Shown piece by piece: positions 13,708 through 25,712 of a stretch of 64,000 bases of DNA. This DNA is from Octopus sinensis (taxonomy: Eukaryota). The notes under the pieces were generated by a model. The model was given only the letters and a program-made list of their open reading frames with translations. It had not been told where the DNA came from and did no database searches. How positions within the stretch are numbered: the stretch's first letter is position 1; each line of letters begins with the position of its first letter. Made by a program: the position numbers and the translations under genes. Where the stretch lies: contig NC_043020.1 of NCBI RefSeq assembly GCF_006345805.1, positions 1-64,000 of the forward strand. The letters are read 5' to 3'.

Positions 13708-14024
13708 TATACTAGACTAGACTACCCGTGACCCGTTGCGAAGTCTAAGTTTCCCAGCAACGGAGTTTTGTTTCGTGTTAGCAGTGCTATAAAATCATTT
13801 GTTAAGGTTATTTCTAGATTTTCTATAGAAAATATAACCAGCACGAATATTGTTACGATGTCTCGTATCCGAATACGCCTAATATAAACAGCAATGAGAT
13901 TGCAGATGGGAAAACAGATAATGAATGTATATGCCATATATGCAGATTTCTTGCTCGTTCATTAGCACCACATCCAACTCATTAACCTTCCATGAACTCA
14001 TTGCTTAAGTAGCCACTGAATATA

Positions 14025-14261
14025 TGTTTCTTTATTACCCACAAGGGGCTAAACACAGAGGGGACAAACAAGGACAGACAAACGAATTAAGTCGATTACA
14101 TCGACCCCAGTGCGTAACTGGTACTTAATTTATCGACCCCGAAAGGATGAAAGGCAAAGTCGACCTGGGCGGAATTTGAACTCAGAACGTAACGGCATAC
14201 GAAATACGGCTACGTATTTCGCCCGGCGTGCTAACGATTCTGCCAGCTCGCCGCCTTATAT
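14025..14261 (-). mobile_element. SINE family A, full length, 12-bp TSD
   Basis: CCACTGAATATA at 14013-14024 and 14262-14273. Confidence 0.9.
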
Positions 14262-14576
14262 CCACTGAATATAGCGGTGTCAGAAAATGTATGTTGGAGA
14301 AGTCAGAGAATGTATAAAAGAAGAATATCCCCAGTCGAGGATATGGTTATATTTTCTATAGAAAATCTAGAAATAACTTTAACAAATGATTCAATAGCTA
14401 ACACCGTACAACACAGTATTGGCATATAATGCATTTGATATATTTTGTAGTAACTGGTAACTTCCGTTATCCTTTGCCATGGATGATCATTGGATGTGTG
14501 TGTGTGTATGCGTGCGTGTGTATGTGTGTGTGTGTGTACAATATTTAATGGTATAAAAGACACCTGGGTGTATAAA

Positions 14577-15100
14577 CCCTTTAGTGTTTGCATTATTCTA
14601 CCAAAATTAATGCTTTTTCATCCACATTGTTTTGAACTAATCATGCATTATCTTGTAGCTATGAGATTTTGATGAGGTAGCTGTTAATTTTTAAAACGAC
14701 ATTGTAGGGTTGGTGTGAGAGACCATCCAACCAAAGTGCAAAGATATGGGAAACTACCACCTGTGTCATCTCTTGTGAAAAGCAGGAGAGTCCAGTTTGC
14801 TGGACATTGTTGTAGAGCTGAAAAAGAGGTAATTTCTACTCTTCTCCTCTGGAAGCCATCTACTCGCGATACCAGAGGGCGCACACTCTCCTACCCTGAT
14901 GTAATCTCCAGGGATACAGGCATCCAGCAACAGGACCTCCGTAATGCCATGATGGACCGTGAAGTCTGGCGTAGCATGGTAAATTCCATTGTCTCGACCA
15001 CGGTCGAACAATGATGATGAAGAGACCAGATCTGGACAGTTTGAACATAAAACAGGCAGAATACTTTTGGCCGGATATGACCAGTTTAGATGCTAAGGGG
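14577..15100. mobile_element. piggyBac-like MITE interrupted by a LINE fragment
   Basis: Ends CCCTTTAG../..CTAAGGGG with TTAA on the right side. Related to 57752-57950. Confidence 0.65.
14726..15020 (+). mobile_element. 5'-truncated RTE/RTE-X-like LINE (ORF C-terminus + (ATG)n tail)
   Basis: Peptide YGKLPPVS..RRVQFAGHCCRAEKE..LLLWKP..MMDREVWR. TSD AGAGACCA at 14718-14725 and 15021-15028. Confidence 0.85.
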
Positions 15101-15752
15101 TTAAACTCGTCCCAATTTCAACAGTGCATATTCAGGGATAAAAAAAATAATTTTAGTGCATTAAATCATGTAATATATAAAGCAGTCTAAAAGTACATTA
15201 CAAATGTACCTTAGCCAAAGCGAAAAACATTACCATTTTTATAATATGTAAGCAGTAGAACACAGATCATAAAGCAAGAAATTACGATAATAAAAACATC
15301 CTACATAATTACAGTAACAAAAACAAGCTGGGAGAAACACACAGCCAGAATACATTTTATGAAAAATGTTCGTTGTAGCATTATACAAAGATGGCCGATG
15401 CGTATAACGGGAGATATTACTTGGCGGTCGAAGCATTAATGTTTCCGAGGTTAGTGTTTCACCATTACCGGTGTTTGTTTTCGGTTACGCCCCTTCCTTT
15501 GTAGTTTCCAATTGATTATCGGTAGGAGTGTGTTTAAGTATATTCAGTCGTAGTGGATAAGTTTGTACAGGTGAATGTCGCCTGTCCATTGTTATGATAA
15601 TTCCTTTAACAGTACAAGTAATAACAGTAATATTGTTTAATACTATTACTGTGATGGTGTCGAGCTAGGTAGAAGACACCGTGACACAACCTGGCAATAA
15701 CATCACACAGGGTGGGTTTTTGAGACCTATATATTATATATATATATATATA

Positions 15753-15832
<80 letters not shown>

Positions 15833-15859
15833 TAATAGATAGATAGATAGATAGATAGA

Positions 15860-16028
15860 TCGTTAGCCACTACACACATTTTTTCTCTCCTTGTTTTTTC
15901 TGTGTCCCTTTCTGTAGAAGAAGGTAGGCTTGACACGTAAAAGCTTTTTCTATTCCTGAGCGTTATACTAATACATCTGTTTGTTTTGTATACCACCTGT
16001 CTTCGTCTTTTGTTTTTTCGTAAACTGC

Positions 16029-16030
<2 letters not shown>
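15860..16030 (+). mobile_element. Penelope-like terminal repeat, family P3, with degenerate hammerhead-like motif
   Basis: CTTT-CTGTAGA-A-GAAG gtag GCTT-GACAC-GTA-AAAG at 15908-15943 has the same spacing as the P2 motif. Flanked by simple repeats. Confidence 0.4.
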
Positions 16031-16068
<38 letters not shown>

Positions 16069-16559
16069 TAATATATATATACTCTTTTCTTTTACTCTTT
16101 TACTTATTTCAGTCATTTGACTGTGGCCATGCTGGAGCATCGCCTTTAGTCGAGCAAATCGATCCCAGGACTTATTCCTTGTAAGCCTAGTACTTATTCT
16201 ATCGGTTTCAGCCGCCCAATCGTTGAAACAAGTAAGCGATAAATGATAAATATAAGATATAAATGTAATATGTAAGAAGTTTGAAGAAGACTATGAAACA
16301 AGCTGAGAAAAGTCTGTGTTGTATTGTTAACACATAAAGCGCTACGGGCCACGATCGTGGCCGTCAGGTACAGGTCGACAGGCCACGATCGTGGCCCAGC
16401 ATTGATGCACTTAATTTATGGGCATTTGTTGGGATCTAATGTCACTCAAACGCTCAGATACCCCCCAGAATGCAAGAGGGCTAATAGTTGAACTAATCGC
16501 TTTTCAGATGATTTAAAACTTCCCACCATTATATACTAAGAAGATATTTTAACTGTTTG

Positions 16560-16830
16560 TTTTGCAAGATTCTTGATGTGAAATCGTGAGTTGAAACAGA
16601 TGTTGTTGTATTTAGGAATGGTCATTTTGCCAGTTTAGCCAATAAAAACACATGCACTATTTATTTGGTGTTAATTTGCTTCAGCATTATTTATTTTTTA
16701 CATTAATCTTAATATATATTTCGGCCAGAGTTCTTTCGTCACACTCCTGTAACCTCATCAGTGGTCCTTTGCTCTCTTCTTTCTTATTTGTGTCTCTCCT
16801 TACTAACGGTCAGCCATTTTGTACTTTTTG
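16560..16830. mobile_element. Penelope-like terminal repeat, family P1
   Basis: Homologous to 33172-33440 and partly to 46780-46890. Contains a hammerhead fold on the minus strand. Confidence 0.65.
16723..16767 (-). ncRNA. Minimal type I hammerhead ribozyme candidate with canonical core
   Basis: Minus strand GGACCA-CTGATGA-G-GTTACA ggag TGTGAC-GAAA-G aa C-TC-TGGCC: stem I, 6-bp stem II, mini stem III, NUH = CUC. Confidence 0.7.
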
Positions 16831-17019
16831 TTTATTTTTATGTGTGCATTGTAGTCTCATTTTCATAAAATGTGCTCAGCAGTGCATGCTATGCGAGTGC
16901 AAATCCCAGCGCTTTATGGGTAAATAATTTCCGGACACATTGAAAGAAATTGACTCAAGATGATTTACACGTGTAAATTTTATTCAACCGCGTGTGTGTG
17001 TGTGCGTGTGTGTGTGTGT

Positions 17020-17073
<54 letters not shown>

Positions 17074-17599
17074 TGTGTGTGTGTTTGTTAAGTAGCTAAG
17101 TTGTCACGGACCGCAAGCTATTGATTGCCTCTGCTTCGAGCGATGGAAATTTTGACATTGCTGGCAGAATCGTTAGCACGTTGGACAAAATGCTTAGCAA
17201 CATTTTGTTATTGTTATTGTTGTTTTCGGCCTGCTTTACCACCACCCCAACCTTTTTTCTTTCTTCTCCTTTTCTATCTTTCTTTTCTTTTTCTGTTTGT
17301 TTGTTTGTTTTTTTTTGTATTTAAATGTTATAATTCATTATTCGATCCGTGGTATATTTTGCTTTCATTCATTTCCGTTCATCTATTTTGTTATGAATTT
17401 ATCTATACACGCATTTTTATTACTGTTGATATTAATTGTTATAAATGGTATTTTTCTCACAGGGCAAGGGCTGGTTAACCAGTTGCCGAAATCTCAGAGA
17501 ACAATATCTTACCTATTTTGCTGTTACCAGCGACATATGTACGTGTATGTAACATTCTTCTTCTTCTTCTTCTTCTTCTTCTTCTTCTTCTTCTTCTTG

Positions 17600-17905
17600 C
17601 CCTTTTCAAGCCTAGCCAGGCTTATGGGCCCGGTTTCCCGGTTTCTGTGGCGTATGTGTTCCCCCCCCCCAGCTGGACGGGACGACCAGTCCATCGCAGC
17701 GTTACTCAAGAAACAGGAAGAGAGGGTGAGAGAAAGTTGTGGCGAAAAAGTCCAACAGGGGTCGCCATGGCCCTGCTGCCGGAGCCTCGTGGAGCTTTTA
17801 GGTGTTTTCACTTAATAAATACACACAACGTCCTGTCTGGGAATCGAAACCGCGATACTCCGACCGCGAGTCCGCTGCCCTAACCACTGGGCCATTGCGC
17901 CTCCA
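17600..17905 (-). mobile_element. SINE family C (tRNA head TGGAGGCGCAATGGCCCAGTGG, V-like GATGGACTGG..CCCGTCCAG domain), (GAA)n tail
   Basis: A-box/B-box-like head, CpGs intact. Further copies at about 18020-18175, 26330-26510 and 61703-61978. Confidence 0.9.
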
Positions 17906-19184
17906 CGTATGTAACATTAACAACAATAATAACAAATCATCGTCATCATCATCATAATCGTCATCGTTTTTTGTCTCAGCGGCTCATCTGAAAAATGGGC
18001 CTCCCAGTTTGAGTTGTAATCTTTCACCACAACTTTCTCTCACTCTTTCTTCCTGTTTCTTGAGTAAGGCTGCGATGGACTGGCGTCCCGTCCAGCTGGG
18101 GGGGGGGGGCACGTACGCCACAGAAACCGGGAAACCGGGCCCATGAGCCTGGTTAGGATTGAAAAGGCGAGAAGAAGAAGAGCTGACGGAATCGTTAACA
18201 CGCTGGGTAAAATGCTTAGCGGCATTTCGTCTGTCTTTACGTTCTGAGTTCAAATTCCGCCGAGGTCGACTTTGTCTTTCATCCTTTCGGAAGCGATAAA
18301 ATAAGTACTGATTTCAGAACTAGGATCGATGCAACCGTCTAGCCCCCTCCGCCAAATTTCAGGCTTTGTGCCCATAATATTAATCATCATTATTTAGCAC
18401 CATTTTGTCTGTCGGTGCGTTCTGAGTTCAATTTCCACCGAGGTCGACTTTACTTTTCATCCTTTCAGGGTAGATAAAATAAGTACCAGTAACGTACTGG
18501 GGTCGATGTAATCGTCTATACACTTCCTTTGAAAGTACTTGTCTTTCACCAAAATCTAAAACCGTTATCATTATTTTTCTTCTCGTAAATGTAGCTTGCT
18601 TTATTTATATATTACACACATTTTTACGCATACACACTTCAACATACACATATATACACGCACCTGCGTACGTACATACATACATACATACACACATACA
18701 TACATACATACATACATATATACATACGTACGTACGTACGTACGTACGTACAAAGATGTATGTACATGCACGTGGCGTCTCGCTTGTGTGTGAACGAACA
18801 CACGTGAACGCTTGTATTGGCGTATGTACGTGTGCATAATATATATATATATACATAACAGAAACACGCATCTTTTGACAATTTTGAACAAGCAATTACT
18901 GTCAATAAGATAGGAATAATATATAGATTTCTCTCTCTTGTGAAAATTAATCGCTGGCAAAGCACCACTATTGATTACAAAACAGTTGAGACAGATGTGA
19001 ACAAATTGATTTGGTGCGCCTGTCTTTCTCTCTTACCTTGGCAGTTAGAAGAGAAGCGGTGACGAAACTACGCAAGTTTATCTTCCCCAGCTTGTGTGTA
19101 AAAGAAAACGACATTTTTTTTATTTTTATTTTTATTTCATACACTTACTATGGTGGAAAAATACTTATATTTCATCCAGAATTT

Positions 19185-20768
19185 GACAAACCATTCTTCT
19201 TTAATTGCATCAAAGCAGAGGCATCGCATTTCGGGAAATGTACTCGAAGAAACACGACACCACTCCGAAATGACATACGGCTAAAACCCTCACACCGTAT
19301 ACATATTCTTCAGTACAAAGATTGAGTGACGCTTTTGGGGGGGGGGGGGCTTGTGACAGCGCTTCTACGAGGTCGCTTGACCTGCTAGATATAGAAACCA
19401 AATCGTTCCTAATTTACCGTATTTACTCGGTATGAGAAGGTGCTGAAAAGTTCTTGGTTTTCAGGGTATTGTGAAAGGCCTAGCTGGAGGCGCAATTTCC
19501 CGGAGTTCTTTTACAGGGCTTAGAAAAACTGAAGGACCTCTGCAATAAGTGTGTGCATTTGACAAACCGTTCTTCTTTAATTGCATCAAAGCAGAGGCAT
19601 CGCATTTCAGGAAGTGCACTCGAAACACGACACCACTCCGAAATGACATACGGCTAAAATCCTCACACCGTATACATATTCTTCAGCACAAAGACTGAAT
19701 GACGCTTTTTGGGGGCTTGTGACGGCGCTTCTACGAGGTCGCTTGACCTGCTAGATATAGAAACCTTAGTGGTATTTCGTCTGCCGCTACGTTCTGAGTT
19801 CAAATTCCGCCGAGGTCGACTTTGCCTTTCATCCTTTCGGGGTCGATTAAATAAGTACCAGTTACGCACTGGGGTCGATATAATCGACTTAATCCGTTTG
19901 TCTGTCCTTGTTTGTCCTCTCTGTGTTTAGCCCCTTGTGGGTAGTAAAGAAATAGGTAATTTGTCTGCCGTTACGTTCTGAGTTCAAATTCCGCCGAGGT
20001 CGACTTTGCCTTTCATCCTTTCGGGGTCGATTAAATAAGTACCAGTTACGCACTGGAGTCGATATAATCGACTTAATTCGCTTGTCTGTCCTTGTTTGTC
20101 TTCTCTGTGTTTAGCCCCTTGTGGGTAGTAAAGAAATAGATATAGAAACCGAATCATTCCTAATTTACTGTATTTACTCGGTATGAGAGGGTGCTGAAAA
20201 GTTCCTGGTTTTAAGGGTATTGCGAAAGGCCTAGCTGGAGGCGCAAATTCCCGGAGTTATTTTGTTGGGCTTAGAAAAACTTAAGGACCTCTGCAATAAG
20301 TGTGTAAATTTGACCAACCATTCTTCTTTAATTGCATCAAAGCAGAGGCATCGCATTTCAGGAAATGTACTCGAAACATGACACCTCTCCGGAATGACAT
20401 ACGGCTAAAACCCTCACACCGTATACATATTCTTCAGTACAAAGATTGAGTGACGCTTTGGAGGGGCTTGTGACAGCGCTTCTACGAAGTCGTTTGACCT
20501 GCTAGATATAGAAACCAAGTCATTCCTAATTTACCGTATTTACTAGGTATGAGAGAGTGCTGAAAAGTTCCTGGTTTTAAGGGTATTGCGAAAGGCCTAG
20601 CTGGAGGCGCAATTTCCCGGAGTTCTTTTATTGGGCTTAGAAAAACTGAAGGACCTCTGCAATAAATGTGTGAATCGGAGAGGGGAATATATTGAACAAA
20701 ATCATAATTAACTGATCCTCCTGTATATTCTTCTACCCAAAACCCGAAACTTTCCAGTACCCTGTCGT
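19185..20768 (+). repeat. Tandem triplication of a ~376-bp unit containing a mariner-derived MITE half; the last unit runs into a complete MITE
   Basis: Units start at 19185, 19561 and 20312. The complete MITE at about 20549-20768 has TIR GAGAG.GTGCTGAAAAGTTCCTGG and encodes GLEKLKDLCNKCVNRRGEYIE (mariner C-terminus). Confidence 0.85.
19766..20136 (+). mobile_element. Tandem dimer of 5'-truncated SINE A units
   Basis: TSD TAGATATAGAAACC at 19752-19765 and 20137-20150. Internal junction AAAGAAATA|GGTAATTTG. Confidence 0.9.
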
Positions 20769-20959
20769 GTAAGTTACACACTGAATCTAAGTGTTAAATC
20801 TTTGTACAATTTTTTCCCCTTCATGGCTTTAGCGGCATACCTACACAAGTGCGCCCCCACCGAATTTGTTTCCTCATAACTTTCGGGAAAATTGATATTT
20901 TTTTTAATGAGATGTTCATCAGATACGCTTCATATGGTGTGAATTCTGATTATATTCTT

Positions 20960-21355
20960 TTCTTTTATTCTTTAACTTGTTTCAGTCATTCGACTGCGGC
21001 CATGCTGGAACACCGCCTTTAATCGAGCAACTCGACCCCGGGACTTATTCTTCTGTAAGCCCAGTACTTATTCTATCGGTCTCTTTCGCCGAACCGCTAA
21101 GTAACGGGGACATAAACACACCAGCATCGGTTGTCAAGCAATGCTAGGGTGACAAACACAGACACACAAACACACACACGCATACATATATATATACATA
21201 TATACGACGGGCTTCTTTCAGTTTCCGTCTACCAAATCCACTCACAAGGCTTTGGTCGACCAGAGTCTATAGTAGAAGACACTTGCCCAAGGTGCCACGC
21301 AGTGGGACTGAACCTGGAACCATTTGGTTGGTAAACAAGTTACTTACCACACAGC
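20960..21355 (-). mobile_element. SINE family B (CORE-like), near-complete copy
   Basis: Head TGTGGTAAGTA.CTTG, GGCACCTTGGGCAAGTGTCTTCT (CORE-like), internal microsatellite, tail ..CAGCATGGCCGCAGTC.AATGACTGAAACAAGT. Confidence 0.9.
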
Positions 21356-21728
21356 GGATTATGCGGTGAAAAAGATTTTTTTTTTTCGTAAGTGGAGAGA
21401 GGGGTTTTGAAAAACTCACAAAAGTTTGTTTCCTCATAACTTTCAGAAAAATGGGAATTTTGTGATGAAATTTCCAACACATACACACATCGCATATATC
21501 TACAAAATGGAACTTTAAGTTTTGAAAACAATTCTGATATGTGTCTGTACGAATGTGCGCATGTTCACCATTTTTTTTTTAATCGTCTTTTTCACATCCA
21601 ATTCCCATGCAATCGTAATCTTGCAGAAAAATTCATAAAAAAAGTAGCCATTTTCCTGAAAGCTCCAGGGAAACAAATCTTACTCGTGTGAATTTGCCCA
21701 AAACCCCTCTCCCCACCGGCGGAAATTA

Positions 21729-21780
<52 letters not shown>

Positions 21781-22003
21781 CATTATTATTATTATTTTCA
21801 CAACAAATTCCGATATAATCGGAACTGACACCATCTGAAGTATATTTGTAGAAAATTTCATTAAAAAACATCCATTTTCTGCAAGTTATGTGGGTATAAA
21901 TCGGGTGGGTGGGGGCACTCTTGTGTAGATATACCGCTTTGGCTTTCTTTCGTGTATAAATCGCATCCTAGTGTCGTTATTATTATTATTATTATTATTA
22001 TTA

Positions 22004-22068
<65 letters not shown>

Positions 22069-22102
22069 GTTGTTGTTGTTATTATTATTATTATTATTAT
22101 TA

Positions 22103-22133
<31 letters not shown>

Positions 22134-23223
22134 ACGAGTAAATACATCGTATGTAAGAAGTAGTGTCACGCTGTCAGTGGCCACATCTCAGTTTGAGCGA
22201 TGAAAGTTTTGACATCGCTGGCAGAATCGTTCGCTGCATTTCGTTGTTGTTGTTGTTGTTGTTGTTTTTGCGTTCAGAGTTCAAATGCCGCCGAGGTAAA
22301 TTTGCTTTTTTATACCTTTCGTGGGTCAGTGAAATAAAAAAAAACAGTTGAAGCACTGTCGTCGAAGTGTGCCTATAATAGAAAAGATATTGGTTTCAAA
22401 TTTTGGCACAAGGTCAGCAATTTCGAAGAAGGGATAAGTCAATTACATCGAACCCTTTGCTATAGAGAAAGAGGGGGGAGAGATGGGAGAGAGAGAGAGA
22501 GAGATTCATATATTAATACTTACAAACCTACATACATATAATTCATCGCTTCTGAAGCAGTGTCAATAACAAAAGGTAATATTTATCTCCAACTTAAAGT
22601 CATGTTAGATCACAGAATACTGCGTTGTTTACCACGAGAGAACCTCTCATCCGGACTTGTGGTGCATGTAAGCACTCGCGTTAAGCGGGAGATAATCTTT
22701 CGGTATTGCCGTCGAAACTGCAAGATCGCGCGATTCCGGCCTTCCTTTGCCCTGTCAATGGCAGACGTTCGTAGCTAGAAATAGCAGTGATTTCCCCGTC
22801 AACGATATACATAGAAGAATATCAGCGTCCATTTAGACACTGGTGTCGCAATTAGCCAGTGAGCTTATTAAAATATAATTAATAACGATAGAAGCTGTGT
22901 TAGTACCAAAAGGTAATATACGTTCCAACGCAACATCCGATTTTAAGTGGGATTAAATATCAACTTTTGATATTAATAATGCTTCTCTCGCTATTAATTA
23001 TTATGATGAATAGCCTACAGCAACAGTTGATCATCCTACAGATTGTGAGTAGCCTACAGCAACAGTTGGAAGCTTGTACAATACAGACAAGAAGGCGGTG
23101 TTTTCGAAAGCAGCATTGCTGTTAAAGCAGCAGAAATAATGGGTAATATTACCTTTACAAGGCGGAAAAAATTGTCAACAAACTGCCTTGTAAGGGTCGA
23201 ATGACTGAAACAATGCCACTTTC

Positions 23224-23688
23224 GGATCTCTTCGGTTTGAACGGCAGTTTTTTCTAGCGGTGTCATATGAAATTGTCACCCATAATTATGACCCTAGTAT
23301 CGATCTATTGCATTTCAATCTGTTTTAGGGTTAGGGTTAGAGTTAGGGTTAGTTAGGGTTAGTTAGGGTTAGGGTTAGGGTTAGGGTTAGGGGTGGGGGA
23401 AAGGTATCTTTTTTTCTTCAGAAATGTAAATAAACCCAATCTGTTTCTTAAACGAGGGACATTTCATACGGCGCAGAATGCTTTTTAACTCAATAGACGT
23501 CAGTGATTGGTTGAAATTGCAGAAATTGAAGAAAAAAAACAACAAATATCTTACAAACCATAGAATTTTCTCAATAAAGCCAAGAGAAAAAGATGTTTTA
23601 TTAACACCTTCTACCAGTATACGAAGTTTAACATTTTTTAGTTACCTAGAAATTATGTTAAGAACTGCCGTTCAAACCGAAAAGATCC
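23224..23688. mobile_element. GGATC-terminal MITE (Merlin-like) with internal telomeric tract
   Basis: TIRs GGATCT(C/T)TTCGGTTTGAACGGCAGTT at both ends. TTAGGG tract at 23325-23392. Confidence 0.85.
23325..23392 (+). repeat. Interstitial telomere-like (TTAGGG)n, about ten units with variants
   Basis: Direct reading; lies inside the MITE. Confidence 0.95.
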
Positions 23689-24010
23689 CAAATTTCTTCA
23701 AATGTGAAAACTCATCATCAGGTAAGCAGCGATAAAATTCAGCAAATTTTCCTTTTCGGTGGTTCTCTTTCAACAAGTCATTTACCTGCAAATCAATGAG
23801 CTCCAACTGTAAGTTCGACTGGCCCGTCGTCAAGGTTACAATCAAACGGATTCTAGAACAGAAGAATGTCATTCTCAATTATGTCGAGAACTGAAAATTT
23901 CTCAATAAAATTCTTATATAAGTCACGAATAATCTTCTTCAGAAACTCGAAGTTGACATCTGCGATTCTAGCGCGAAACTCTTTGAAACATCGAAAGCAA
24001 AAGTTTCCTC

Positions 24011-24199
24011 GGATCTTTTCATTTTGAAGGCCAGATTGGTTAAAATTCGTAAAAATTAAACTACCTTTAAGTTACGAATTACAAATTTGTTTTCAATTTT
24101 GTTTACAATAATGTTTTCTTTTGACACATTCTACCAGTATACGAAGTTTCAAATTTTTTAGCTAACTAGGAAAATCTGGCCTTCAAAATGAAAAGATCC
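24011..24199. mobile_element. 189-bp MITE, 27-bp perfect TIR, 8-bp TSD (Merlin-like)
   Basis: TIR GGATCTTTTCATTTTGAAGGCCAGATT. TSD GTTTCCTC/GTTTCTTC. Removing the element and one TSD copy rejoins the hAT reading (..EGRN|F..). Confidence 0.9.
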
Positions 24200-24751
24200 G
24201 TTTCTTCCTTCCACTTGTACTTCAAACAATGATAGCTTTCTCCCGAAATCCTTTGATGATTCTGTAGAGATCACAGATGAAGTTACCCTTTTCCTGAAGT
24301 TTCAAGTTCAATTCATTCATGAGGGATGTGATGTCAACCAAAAATAATAACTTCGACAGGCAGGTAGGATCTGAGAGAAGTGGATCAGTTCTATCCTTTT
24401 TGGTAAGTAAAAATATCTATTTTTCTTCGGAAAGTATAAAAATGAAACAGGACTTTACCGCAGCTGAGCTACCTCACTGCTGTGTGATAAGACAAGTCAC
24501 AGAATCTAGAATCAATTTCTTCAAGAAAAACCTGGAACTGGCTGTGATTAAGTGCATGACACCGAATGAAGTCCACAGCAGAAACGACTGGTTTCAGTAC
24601 GTAAGAAATGTCTAAGTCTTTTCCACAGAGCCCTTGCTGATGTATAATGCAGTGTATAAACAGAGCACCCGGGGGCTGAAAATCTTCCAACTTAGTCGAG
24701 ATCTTCCCCACCTGATCTTTCCTCACTCTAGCCATGTTTTTTTTTATTCCA

Positions 24752-25127
24752 ATGGAATGGAAGCACTCCGTCGGTTACGACGGCGAGGGTTCCGGTTGAT
24801 CCGAATCAACGGAACAGCCTGCTCGTGAAATTAACGTGTAAGCGGCTGAGCACTCCACAGACACGTGTACCCTTAACGTAGTTCTCGGGGATATTCAGCG
24901 TGACACAGAGAGTGACAAGGCCGGCCCTTTGAAATACAGGTACAACAGAAACAGGAAGTAAGAGTGAGAGAAAGTTGTGGTGAAAGAGTACAGCAGGGAT
25001 CACCACCATCCCCTGCCGGAGCCTCGTGGAGCTTTAGGTGTTTTCGCTCAATAAACACTCACAACGCCCGGTCTGGGAATCGAAACCGCGAGTCCGCTGC
25101 CCTAACCACTGAGCCATTGCGCCTCCT
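24752..25127 (-). mobile_element. SINE family D (family-C head, different 3' body, (TTCCA) tail) inserted in the hAT fossil
   Basis: Shares the tRNA head with family C. TSD TTTTTATTCCA on both sides. Confidence 0.85.
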
Positions 25128-25369
25128 TTTTTATTCCACTGAAGGTTATAACCTATGAAAATGTTTTCTCCAGTTGTTGTACCCTGCATGCTGCAAACGG
25201 ATACCAATTCTTCTGCGATCTGAGAATCCAAATTAACACCACAAATGAACACGAGAAGTTGTGACGTACGCGAGAGATCGGTAGACTCATCCAGCGCCAA
25301 AGAATACTACAAGAATTTCCAAGCTTTCTCGCGTATCTGTAGCACTATGTTCTCTCAAGTTCTTCTGTT

Positions 25370-25712
25370 CTCCACACAGAGGAGACCCCCTTCGGTCACG
25401 AATGACCATGAGATTGCACCTAGAAAGTTACCCTCCGAGGCACAAGTCCGGGCAAGGTTGATTATGGAAGGCCAGCAGTCGCCCATGCATACCAGCTCCC
25501 CCTCCACACCACCAATGTTATCCAAGGGAAAGGCAAAGGGGCCGATACAGCTTGGCACCAGTGATGTCGCAAGACATTTCTACAGCTGAGTTAACTGGAT
25601 CAACGTGAAATAAAGTGTCTTGCTCAAGAGCACAACACGCAGCCCGGTCCGGGAATCGAACTCAAAACCTCACGTTCGTAAGCTCGACGCTCTAACCACT
25701 GAGCCATGCGCA
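25370..25712 (-). mobile_element. SINE family E (tRNA head + CORE-like + distinct tail)
   Basis: Head GCGCATGGCTCAGTGGTTAGAGCG..GAGTTCGATTCCC followed by GTGCTCTTGAGCAAGACAC. Decayed copies at about 48100-48300 and 62170-62330. Confidence 0.85.

Noticed and set aside
17830-17905. tRNA genes (also 25640-25712, 44338-44420)
   Set aside because: These are tRNA-derived SINE heads followed by SINE bodies, with no complete cloverleaf.
22600-22670. Exon-like segment open in all three frames ending in GTAAGC
   Set aside because: Homologous sequence occurs inverted at about 29780-29810, inside a small palindromic repeat family.
23325-23392. Chromosome end or fusion scar
   Set aside because: The tract is short and sits at a fixed internal position of a TIR element present in several copies.
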